A stretch of 64,000 nt of DNA. Origin: Acidobacteriota bacterium. GTDB taxonomy: Bacteria; Acidobacteriota; UBA890; WLXD01. The notes below the pieces were generated by a model. It searched no databases and was not told the origin of the DNA. It saw only the letters and a program-made list of their open reading frames with translations. Numbering within the stretch: position 1 is the stretch's first letter; each line of letters opens with the position of its first letter. The DNA is taken from assembly GCA_965248695.1 (NCBI GenBank), contig CBDFKD010000002.1:2400001-2464000 (forward strand), written 5' to 3'. Positions 29,233 to 37,700 of the stretch are shown here, piece by piece. The position numbers were made by a program, and so were the translations under genes.

Positions 29233-30525
29233 CTATACGGGGCGCCGGAAATCGTGTCCGGCGTAGCGGGCGACCGCGCCCAGCTCCTCCTCGATCTGTA
29301 GCAATCGATTGTGCTTGGCGGTGCGCTCGCCGCGGATTGGCATGCCGGTCTTGATCTGGCCGCTGTCGAGGCCCACCACCAAGTCGGCGATGATCGGGTC
29401 CTCGGTCTCGCCGGAACGCTCGGAGACCTGAACGCCGTAGCCGCTACGGTAGGCGAACGCCGCCGCGTCCCACGCCTCGCTCAGCGAACCGATCTGGTTC
29501 ACTTTGAACAGCATCGCGTTGGCGGCGTTCACAGCGACCCCCTGTTTCAGGCGCTCGACGTTGGTGACGAAAAGATCGTCACCAACGATCTGGGTCTGCG
29601 GCAATTCCTTTGTCAAGCTGGCGAAGCCCTCCATGTCGTTCTCGTCGAGCGGGTCCTCTATCGAGCCCAACGGATACTTCGCGGCCACCTGCTTGTAGAG
29701 CTCGATCAAGGCGCCCCGATCGTACTGCTGGTCGTTCAACTCGTAGAGCCCAGTCGCTTCGTCAAACCAGTGGCTGGCGGCGCAATCGAGACCGTAGATG
29801 ATCTCCTCGCCGAAGCCCACTTTGTAACCCGCACTCTCGCAAGCACGCTGCATGAACTCGAAGGGCTCCCAAATGCCGTGCATCGGGGTCGCGAACCCCC
29901 CTTCGTCGCCAGTATTGGTTGCCAAGATCCCGTACTTCCTGATGACCACATCGCGCAGAGCCTCGTTGATCTCGGTGGTGATCTGCAAGGCACGACGGTA
30001 GGTCTCTGCCCCAACCGGGATAATGATGAACTCTTGGATTTCCAGCTCGTTCGCGGTCAGCTTTCCGCCGTTGAGGCAGTTCATCAGCGGCACGGGCAGA
30101 ATGCGCGCTGTCGGACGCAAGTAGCGGTAGAGGGGGACGCCGCAGACATTAGCCGCCGCACGCGCCACTGCCAGCGACACACCGACGATCGCATTCGCCC
30201 CTAACCGGCTCTTGTCGGGCGTTCCGTCGAGTCCGCACATAGCGAAATCGATCGCCCGTTGATCGGTGACGTCCATGCCGCGCACGAGTTCTGCGATCTC
30301 GCCGTTCACGTTGGCCACCGCTCGAAGCACGCCCTGTCCGGAATACCGGTCAGGTTCGCCGTCCAACAGTACGTGAGCCTCGTGAGTGCCGGTCGAGCGC
30401 CCCTGCGGCACGTCGGCGCGCCCAGCGAGGGTTCCGTCTACCCAGATGTCGGCTTGGACGGTGGGCCAACCGCGGCAGTCGATGATCTCCCGCGCCTTCG
30501 CGTCAGTGATTCTGAACCTACCCAC
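29233..30525 (-). CDS. eno: Enolase-family protein with divergent active-site loops
   Basis: LGANAI, GDEGGFA, IEDP, VGDDLFVTN, KVNQIG, RSGETED and IKTG motifs; GTG start at 30525 with a GGAGG RBS. Two conserved His are replaced (see findings). Confidence 0.85.
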   Translation of the reverse strand: MGRFRITDAKAREIIDCRGWPTVQADIWVDGTLAGRADVPQGRSTGTHEAHVLLDGEPDRYSGQGVLRAVANVNGEIAELVRGMDVTDQRAIDFAMCGLDGTPDKSRLGANAIVGVSLAVARAAANVCGVPLYRYLRPTARILPVPLMNCLNGGKLTANELEIQEFIIIPVGAETYRRALQITTEINEALRDVVIRKYGILATNTGDEGGFATPMHGIWEPFEFMQRACESAGYKVGFGEEIIYGLDCAASHWFDEATGLYELNDQQYDRGALIELYKQVAAKYPLGSIEDPLDENDMEGFASLTKELPQTQIVGDDLFVTNVERLKQGVAVNAANAMLFKVNQIGSLSEAWDAAAFAYRSGYGVQVSERSGETEDPIIADLVVGLDSGQIKTGMPIRGERTAKHNRLLQIEEELGAVARYAGHDFRRPV

Positions 30526-30703
30526 ACTTCCTCCGTTGGCTTTGAAACACCATGAATCTACTTGATCCGGCACTGGCTGGGTTGTGCGCCGCCTTGATTG
30601 CCGCCTCGACGCTCATCGCCATGGAGCTCTCCTCCATGCCCACATTCCCGACTTCCTGCAAGAGCCTCACAGCTTCCGTGGCATGCTCGCGCAGCGGATG
30701 CCA
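30518..30703 (-). pseudogene. Probable 3' stump of the gene formerly upstream of eno
   Basis: Open frame HPLREHATEAVRLLQEVGNVGMEESSMAMSVEAAIKAA... with no proper start; its stop overlaps the eno start. Confidence 0.4.
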
Positions 30704-30774
30704 TTATGATCTTCGACCCCGATGGCGTGAGCTGCTAGCCGACCGGTAATCGATAGCGTCTCGAATCGACATTC

Positions 30775-32259
30775 ATGACCCAACAAACCGGCCCGACCTT
30801 CGACAACAGCTACGCGCGCCTGCCAGAGCGCTTTTACTCGCGCCAGTTGCCAGAGCCCGTCTCCACACCGGGCCCGATCCGGATCAACAACACGCTGGCG
30901 CGATACCTGGGCATCGATCCGGATTGGTTGGCATCCCGGGAGGGTACCGAGGTTATCGCCGGCAATCGGATTCCCGATGGGGCCGATCCCATCGCCACGG
31001 TCTACGCGGGTCATCAATTCGGTGGCTGGAACCCGCAACTGGGCGACGGTCGCGCCATACTGCTCGGCGAGGTCATCGCCGCGGACGGTATTCGCCACGA
31101 TATCCAACTCAAGGGCTCGGGCCGCACGCCCTATTCCCGCAATGGCGATGGCCGCGCCCCCCTGGGCCCGGTATTGCGTGAGTACATTGTCAGCGAGGCC
31201 ATGGCGTCCCTGGACATTCCCACCACCCGCTCGCTGGCGGCCGTGACCACTGGCGATCCGGTATACCGGGAGGCAGCCTTGCCGGGCGCAGTCCTGGCTC
31301 GCGTGTCCCAGAGCCATATCCGCATTGGCACGTTCCAGTTTTTCGCCTCAAAGCAGGATACCGAGGCACTGCAAATGCTGGTGGCCCACGTGATAGCTCG
31401 CCACTACCCAGGCCTGGCCGCGGCAGACAATCCCGCGCAGGCGCTGCTGCAGGAAGTCGTAGGCCAACAGGCTCAACTGGTGGCCCGGTGGCAACTGGTC
31501 GGGTTTATCCACGGCGTGATGAATACGGACAATATGCTGCTTTCCGGGGAAACCATTGACTACGGGCCCTGTGCCTTCATGGATGATTTCAATCCCGACA
31601 CCGTCTACAGCTCCATTGACCATGGCGGCCGTTATGCCTACCGCAACCAGCCCCGCATCGCCCACTGGAACCTGGTCTGCCTGGCACAGACCCTGTTGCC
31701 ACTGCTGCACGAAGTCCCGGAGCAAGCCGGAACGCTGGCGCAGGATAGCGTCGATGCGTTTCCCGATAAGTTCCTGGATGCCCACCAGCAGGGCATTGCT
31801 TGCAAGCTTGGCTTTCGGCCCGAGGGTGAAGAGGACGAGTCCCTGCTACAGGACCTGGTGTCGGTGATGGCGGAGACCAGTGTGGACTTCACCCTCAGTT
31901 TTCGGCGCCTGGCTGACCTCGCCAACGGGAACACGGGCGACGAAGGGGTCGGCGCGATTTTCGAATTCCCGCAAGCATTCAATTCATGGCTGGAGCGCTG
32001 GCGGGCGCGACTGAAAGAAGAACCGACCACGCCAGCCGACCGACAGGAATCCATGTACGCCGCCAACCCGGCCTTCGTTCCGCGCAATCATCTGGTGGAA
32101 GAAGCGATTGAGGCGGCCACCAGCGACAGTGATTTCAAGCCATTTCACGCCCTGGTGGAGCGTCTGACAAAGCCTTTTGAGTACGATCCGTCTCAATCGC
32201 GCCTGGCCCTGCCGCCACGGCCGGAGCAAGTCGTGCGACAAACTTTCTGCGGTACGTAG
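30775..32259 (+). CDS. selO: Protein adenylyltransferase SelO (YdiU)
   Basis: YAGHQFG, LGDGRA, QLKGSGRTPYSR.GDGRA, HGVMNTDN, IDYGP, NP.FVPRNH, C-terminal TFCGT. Confidence 0.95.
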   Translation: MTQQTGPTFDNSYARLPERFYSRQLPEPVSTPGPIRINNTLARYLGIDPDWLASREGTEVIAGNRIPDGADPIATVYAGHQFGGWNPQLGDGRAILLGEVIAADGIRHDIQLKGSGRTPYSRNGDGRAPLGPVLREYIVSEAMASLDIPTTRSLAAVTTGDPVYREAALPGAVLARVSQSHIRIGTFQFFASKQDTEALQMLVAHVIARHYPGLAAADNPAQALLQEVVGQQAQLVARWQLVGFIHGVMNTDNMLLSGETIDYGPCAFMDDFNPDTVYSSIDHGGRYAYRNQPRIAHWNLVCLAQTLLPLLHEVPEQAGTLAQDSVDAFPDKFLDAHQQGIACKLGFRPEGEEDESLLQDLVSVMAETSVDFTLSFRRLADLANGNTGDEGVGAIFEFPQAFNSWLERWRARLKEEPTTPADRQESMYAANPAFVPRNHLVEEAIEAATSDSDFKPFHALVERLTKPFEYDPSQSRLALPPRPEQVVRQTFCGT

Positions 32260-32295
32260 TGCCATGCTCCTGGTCGGGGCGACGGTCTTGGCACG

Positions 32296-32318
32296 CGGCT
32301 GAAACCGGGGTTCAGCCG
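32296..32318. terminator. Hairpin between convergent genes
   Basis: CGGCTGAA-ACCGGGG-TTCAGCCG, a perfect 8-bp stem between the selO and aminotransferase stops. Confidence 0.45.
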
Positions 32319-32347
32319 GGAGCGCTATGAGATTCGACGCTCGAGTA

Positions 32348-33463
32348 TCAGGATCGCGCCGGCGACGCGACGACGACTTCTTCGATCGCGGCGAGCGCTC
32401 GAGCAAAGGTGTCGGGCTCGGTGGAGCCGAAGCCGATACGGAAGTGCTCGGGGCGACCGAAACAGTCGCCGGGCGACAGGAGGATTCCCGCCTCCGACAG
32501 CTGCTCACAAAGCGGCCATGCCGACGGTTCGCCGGCGACCCAGGGGAACGCGATGAGCCCGCCCTCGGGCTCGACCCAACCGAATCGGTCAGGGTGACGG
32601 TTGAAGAACGCACGTAGGAGTGTGAGATTCCGGCTGCCGAGAGAATGTGCGCGGGCGAGGATTCGCTGCCGCTGTCGCAGGCTGATCGCCGAAAGGCGCT
32701 CGGAGAGCGGCGAGCTCGAGATCGTGAAGAAGCGCCGGATGTCGAAGTAGCGCTTCCGACGCTCGGCGTCGGCATCGACGACCCAGCCGAGTCGCATCCC
32801 GGCCAGCGACATGGCCTTCGACATATCCCCCACCAACACGGCGCCGTCGACATCGGCGCCTCGCGGCGAAGTTCCATCATTGGCGATCGGGTACTGTACC
32901 TGATCGATTGCCACCGTTACGCCTCGGTGCGCTGCCGCCTCCTGGATCGTAGACATGGTAGCCGTCGCGGCGACGGCGCCCGTTGGGTTGTTCGGCGTGT
33001 TGACGATGACCAACCCGGTGCGGTCGTCGATGAGGTCGACGACCTTCTGCGGATCCAGTCGGAAGCCGTCGTCGCGGCACAGTCGGTAGGGACGCGGCTC
33101 CTGGTCGAAGATTACCGTCAGCCCAACGAATCCCGGGTATCCGGGGTTCGGAAACACGACGTTGCCGCCCGCGGTGGAGCCGGCCGCGATCAGCATTGCG
33201 AGACCCTCGGCCGCTCCGGTGGTGATCTGAACGTGCTCCGGCGCCGTGTCGGTGTGCGCCGCTACCGCCTCGCGAATCTCCTCCGAGCCGCTAATGGGCG
33301 CGTATGTGAGAGCCTCGTCGGCCAGTGCTTCGGGCGTCAGATCCTCTAGCGCAAGCAACTCGGACAGGTTCCACGTCGGGCCAGTGCTTCCGGACAGGTT
33401 GTAGCGCAGCGGGCGTGCCTCGCGCTCGTGGATCCAGTCGAGCGCCAAGGTCGGGGTAGCCAT
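32348..33463 (-). CDS. PLP-dependent aminotransferase class I/II
   Basis: ITTGAAEG, NTPNNPTG, MSKAMSLAGMRLGW and HFRIGFG motifs. Confidence 0.88.
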   Translation of the reverse strand: MATPTLALDWIHEREARPLRYNLSGSTGPTWNLSELLALEDLTPEALADEALTYAPISGSEEIREAVAAHTDTAPEHVQITTGAAEGLAMLIAAGSTAGGNVVFPNPGYPGFVGLTVIFDQEPRPYRLCRDDGFRLDPQKVVDLIDDRTGLVIVNTPNNPTGAVAATATMSTIQEAAAHRGVTVAIDQVQYPIANDGTSPRGADVDGAVLVGDMSKAMSLAGMRLGWVVDADAERRKRYFDIRRFFTISSSPLSERLSAISLRQRQRILARAHSLGSRNLTLLRAFFNRHPDRFGWVEPEGGLIAFPWVAGEPSAWPLCEQLSEAGILLSPGDCFGRPEHFRIGFGSTEPDTFARALAAIEEVVVASPARS

Positions 33464-33559
33464 GGGTCAACTTCACCTCGTTGCACGCGCGTGAGCAACC
33501 TCTCCGGCGCGCAGTATAGTCGGCCAAGTTCACGGCCACTTCGCGAGGACGACCAGCCT

Positions 33560-35437
33560 GTGTCACGCAGTTGCCAGCGCCCGCTCGCCACGATCTGTCT
33601 GCTTCTGATCGCCGCTCCGGTGCTGGCCCAGGTAAACGAGCTCCACCTGCAGGCACCGACGGTGGCGCTCGCCGGGGTGCCGACGCGAGCCACGGCGACG
33701 GGTCCGGTGGAATCGCTGTCGGGGCTGGTTCTTCGCGCCGGTAGCAGCCGTTACGCGGCCGTCCTCGACGGCGACACGGCGACGTTCGTCGGTCTCACGT
33801 TGCCGCGTGGCCGGGCACGCTTGGAGCTGGAGTCTGACGGCATGGTGGTGGACACCGCCGACGTGCGCGTGTTGCCGGGTTGGGTGTCGATTATCCCGCC
33901 GCTGCTTGCCATCGTCGTTGCGCTGGCGTTCAAGCAGGTGATCCCGGCACTGTTCCTGGGGGTCTGGTTCGGCGCCACGGCGCTGATCGGTTTCACGCCG
34001 GCTGCGGTGTTTCGTGGCCTACTCGATACCTACGCCGTTCACGTACTCGGCGCGGTCGCCGATCGAAGCCGTGCACAGGTACTGCTGTTCTCTTTCATGA
34101 TCGGCGGCATGCTCGGCATCGTCATCAAGAACGGCGGCATGCTGGGCGTGGTCAACCGGATCATGCGATTCGCGACCGATCGACGCCGCGGACAGCTGAC
34201 TACCGCTGCCCTAGGAATGGCGGTCTTCTTCGACGGCTACACCAACATTCTGATCATGGGCAACACGATGCGCGAGGTGACCGACCGCCTGCGTATCTCG
34301 CGCGAGAAGCTCGCTTACATCGCCGACTCTACCGCCGCTCCGGTTGCCTCCGTGGCGGTGGTATCCACCTGGGTCGGCTACCAGGTGGGCCTGATCGGGG
34401 CGGTCGTAGGACAGATCGGAACGATTGGCGAATCGGCCTATTCGATCTTCCTCAATTCGATCGCCTACAGCTTCTACCCCTGGCTGACGATGTTCATGGT
34501 TTTCACGGTTGCGGCGCTGGGCCGCGACTTCGGTCCGATGCGGGTGGCCGAGGAGCGCGCGCGGGCCGGCCAGGTGCTCGGACCGGCGCCGAAGGCCAAC
34601 TCGGCCGCTGCCGCCGATGCCTCGGATCTACGCGTCGATCCGGAGCGGCCGGTGCGTGCCATCAACGCCGTGGTGCCGATTCTCGTGCTCATCGGCGGCG
34701 TCATCGGGGGGCTGTGGGCAACGGGCAACGGCAACTCGATTCGCGACATCATCGGTACCGCCGATGCCAATGCGGCGCTGATGTGGGCGTCGCTACTGGC
34801 GGTGGCGGTCGCCGTGGCGATGACACTCGCGCAGCGCATCCTGACCCTCACCGAGATCGTCGACGCGTGGTACGCCGGGCTGAAGCAGATGCTGTACGCG
34901 TTGATCATCCTGGTGCTGGCATGGTCGCTCACCTCGGTGGTCGACGGATTGCAAACGGCCAGCTACTTGGTGTCGGTCCTCGGAGAGTCGCTGGCACCGA
35001 GTATGGTGCCCACGATCGTGTTCGTGCTCGCCGCGGCCACCGCCTTCGCCACCGGGTCGAGTTGGGCAACCATCGGCATCCTGATGCCCCTGGTCTTGCC
35101 GCTCGTGTGGGCCGTGCTGAGCGCCGCCGGAGCCCAGGATCAGATGCATATCCTGTACTCGGCGGTTTCGTGCGTGATGTCCGGCGCCGTTCTGGGAGAC
35201 CACATCTCGCCCATCTCCGACACGACCATCCTGTCGTCGATGGCTGCCGGCTGCGATCACATCGAGCACGTCCGCACGCAGTTGCCCTACGCGCTGATCG
35301 TGGGCGCGCTAGCGATCGGTCTGGGTACACTTCCCGCCGGGTTCGGCGTGCCGTGGTGGCTCGGAATACTGGCTGGCGCGGGGGCGATTTACGGCATCGT
35401 GCGCACCGTGGGCGAGCCGGCGGCGGCCACCCCGTGA
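33560..35437 (+). CDS. NhaC-family Na+/H+ antiporter-like transporter with extra N-terminal soluble domain
   Basis: FFDGY, SREKLAYIADSTAAP, FATGSSW, GDHISPISDTTILSS and HVRTQLPYA motifs. GTG start inferred. Confidence 0.88.
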   Translation: MSRSCQRPLATICLLLIAAPVLAQVNELHLQAPTVALAGVPTRATATGPVESLSGLVLRAGSSRYAAVLDGDTATFVGLTLPRGRARLELESDGMVVDTADVRVLPGWVSIIPPLLAIVVALAFKQVIPALFLGVWFGATALIGFTPAAVFRGLLDTYAVHVLGAVADRSRAQVLLFSFMIGGMLGIVIKNGGMLGVVNRIMRFATDRRRGQLTTAALGMAVFFDGYTNILIMGNTMREVTDRLRISREKLAYIADSTAAPVASVAVVSTWVGYQVGLIGAVVGQIGTIGESAYSIFLNSIAYSFYPWLTMFMVFTVAALGRDFGPMRVAEERARAGQVLGPAPKANSAAAADASDLRVDPERPVRAINAVVPILVLIGGVIGGLWATGNGNSIRDIIGTADANAALMWASLLAVAVAVAMTLAQRILTLTEIVDAWYAGLKQMLYALIILVLAWSLTSVVDGLQTASYLVSVLGESLAPSMVPTIVFVLAAATAFATGSSWATIGILMPLVLPLVWAVLSAAGAQDQMHILYSAVSCVMSGAVLGDHISPISDTTILSSMAAGCDHIEHVRTQLPYALIVGALAIGLGTLPAGFGVPWWLGILAGAGAIYGIVRTVGEPAAATP

Positions 35438-35439
35438 CG

Positions 35440-35493
35440 CTAGTCCCCGGCCTTGACGACCTCTTTCATGTACCAGATGGCGAAATCGTCCGG
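35440..35493 (-). pseudogene. 54-bp C-terminal stump of a third Rieske oxygenase paralogue
   Basis: Translates PDDFAIWYMKEVVKAGD*, against PNDFATWYMREVVKAAD* at the end of 37701..39197. Confidence 0.8.
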
Positions 35494-35543
35494 GTCATGG
35501 TTCTCTCAGCCTAGAGCTCTGGAGGCTGATAGCGGAGACCGAT

Positions 35544-36860
35544 ATGAGCAACGAGGAAAACACCGGCAAGAAGTCGACTCGGCGTGACCTGGCGCGCAGC
35601 GCCGTTGTCGGATACACCGCCGCCGCCATCGGTTTACCTAGGAACCTGCTTGCCAGGGCGATTCCAGACCCGGACCAGATGGGTGGCGCGGCATCAGGCG
35701 GCGAACGGTGGCGAAGAAACCGGACCCTCAACGCGGAGTACTACACGGACGAAGAGCGTTACCTGTTCGATGAGCGCTTGGTGGCCGATCATTTCTGGTT
35801 GATGGTCGATCACGAAAGTAGGATCCCCGACCCCGGCGACTACTTCGTCTTCGAATACGGTCGCAGCGAGAGCGTCATTATCCTGCGTGATGAGTCCGGC
35901 GCGGTGCGCGCTCACTACAACGTCTGCCGCCATCGTGGCTCGAGGCTGTGTCGCCACGACGGCGACGCCATCCCGGAAGATCCACGCCTGTCGGTTCGAC
36001 AGCTCGGGCAGACCGGCAACACGCCGGTCTTCCGATGCCCGTACCACGCCTGGACCTACGACCTGAGCGGCGAGCTCGTCTACGCCTATGGCATGCAGGA
36101 AGATTTCGACCCAGCCGACAACGGCCTGATCCCCTGCCATGTCCGCATGGCAGACGGCTTCATCTTCGTGAACCTGTCTCGGGAATCGGATCCGCCGGAG
36201 TTCGAGCCGGCGATCGAGCCCTTCCGCCGCAAGGTGGGCCAAAGACACGGCACCGCACAGTTGAAGGTCGGCGAACGGGTCAACGTTGCGATGCACGCCA
36301 ACTGGAAGCTAGCGCTCGAGAACTTCCTGGAGTGCTACCACTGCGGGCCGTCGCACGAGTACCTCTGCCAGGTGCACCCAGGCTCCGACCTCACGGTGCC
36401 GGGAAAGCGGGAATGGTGGGCTCAGGACTACGTCAGCGGCACGATGGACGGCAAGCCGGCGGCACCGCTACTGCCCAGTATCAAGCGCATCCGGGTCACG
36501 CAGAGCGAGACGGCGACGGGTTGGTCGAGCAGTTACTGGCTCGGCTACGACGACTACGTCTTCGCGGTTCGATTCACCCCCCGTGATGTCGACCTCACCG
36601 ACGTAGAATGTCTCTGGCTCGTGCACCCGGATGCGGAGCGCGGGGTCGATTACGACGCCGATAGGCTCAAGGAGCTGTGGCTCGTCACGCTCCTCGAAGA
36701 CATCTGGCTATGCGAGAACAACCACGCCGGAATCTGTTCCGGCGCCTACCGGTCCGGGCGCTACGCCACCCATGAGCTCGGCCGGGTCATGCCGGCGGGG
36801 TTCATCCGCTGGTACATGGCCGCCGTTGCGGGTGACATCGGGCCAGCGGCGCCCTACTGA
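35544..36860 (+). CDS. Rieske non-heme iron oxygenase alpha subunit (GbcA/CntA-like) with twin-arginine leader
   Basis: CRH...CPYH Rieske ligands; NWK..LENFLECYHC...H mononuclear Fe motif; ED near the C-terminus; STRRDL leader. Confidence 0.88.
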   Translation: MSNEENTGKKSTRRDLARSAVVGYTAAAIGLPRNLLARAIPDPDQMGGAASGGERWRRNRTLNAEYYTDEERYLFDERLVADHFWLMVDHESRIPDPGDYFVFEYGRSESVIILRDESGAVRAHYNVCRHRGSRLCRHDGDAIPEDPRLSVRQLGQTGNTPVFRCPYHAWTYDLSGELVYAYGMQEDFDPADNGLIPCHVRMADGFIFVNLSRESDPPEFEPAIEPFRRKVGQRHGTAQLKVGERVNVAMHANWKLALENFLECYHCGPSHEYLCQVHPGSDLTVPGKREWWAQDYVSGTMDGKPAAPLLPSIKRIRVTQSETATGWSSSYWLGYDDYVFAVRFTPRDVDLTDVECLWLVHPDAERGVDYDADRLKELWLVTLLEDIWLCENNHAGICSGAYRSGRYATHELGRVMPAGFIRWYMAAVAGDIGPAAPY

Positions 36861-36884
36861 CGATTGACGGCTCGATTTCCAACC

Positions 36885-36933
36885 CCGCTCTTGGTTCTGG
36901 TTGGCTGCGGTTGGTGCTAGGTGGTGTGCCGCG
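36885..36933 (+). repeat. Eroded partial copy of the att-like repeat (distal TTGG block only)
   Basis: CCGCTCTTGGTTCTGGTTGGCTGCGGTTGGTGCTAGGTGGTGTGCCGCG; same GCTCTTGG start and 10-bp TTGG phasing as the full copies. Confidence 0.7.
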
Positions 36934-36979
36934 CTCCGCGACCGCGTCATCGGGCCCACTCCGGTGGGAGCACCGCAAC

Positions 36980-37696
36980 ATGATCGCAAAACCGACTGTT
37001 GTTCGAAGCTGTCGAGCACTCGCGCTCGCGGCTATTGCCGTGTGGGCCCTGACGCGGCTCTCATTCGCACAACCGACGAATCAGGTGTTCGTGCTCAACG
37101 AAGGTTACGATCGAACCGTCGGTGCCGAACTCCTGGTTGAATCGACCGTTGCGCTAGTGGTGTCGGACGGAATCGTGCTGGTCACCGATCCAGGCATGGT
37201 CTCGGATCAAGCGAAGCTGGTGTCAGCGCTTGCCACACACGGGATCGATCCTGAAGACGTTAACCATGTGTTCATCACCCACCTGCATCCGGATCACACC
37301 GCGAACGTCGGCATGTTTCCAAACGCTAAACTAGTGGATGCGTTCTCTATCTACGATCGCGAACGATGGATCGAGCACGACGACGACTTCGTCCTTGCAC
37401 CCGGCATCCGCGTGCTCCGCACTCCGGGGCATACCTCATGGGACGCGTCCCTTCTGATCGAGAACACGATCAAGGGAACGATCGCGATTACCCATGCTTG
37501 GTGGCATAGCGACATGACGCCGAAGGTCGACCCGTTCGCCGACGATCAATCGGCCCTGGAGAGAAGTCGCGAACGACTACTTGGCGAAGCGGATTGGATC
37601 ATACCGGGGCATGGTGCTGCCTTCCGCAATCCGAACGCGCCCTCCGACAAGGGCCGTCTGCACCATCCCCCTCACGATCTCGGGGACCCGTTCTGA
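36980..37696 (+). CDS. Metallo-beta-lactamase fold hydrolase, secreted
   Basis: THLHPDH, TPGHT and IPGHG motifs; N-terminal signal peptide. Confidence 0.85.
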   Translation: MIAKPTVVRSCRALALAAIAVWALTRLSFAQPTNQVFVLNEGYDRTVGAELLVESTVALVVSDGIVLVTDPGMVSDQAKLVSALATHGIDPEDVNHVFITHLHPDHTANVGMFPNAKLVDAFSIYDRERWIEHDDDFVLAPGIRVLRTPGHTSWDASLLIENTIKGTIAITHAWWHSDMTPKVDPFADDQSALERSRERLLGEADWIIPGHGAAFRNPNAPSDKGRLHHPPHDLGDPF

Positions 37697-37700
37697 GTCG

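Noticed and set aside
16187-35514. Long Arg/Gly/Pro-rich alternative-frame or antisense ORFs (e.g. 16187..18142, 21431..22882, 23332..25356, 33880..35514)
   Set aside because: They overlap clear genes and have the composition typical of off-frame translation of high-GC sequence.
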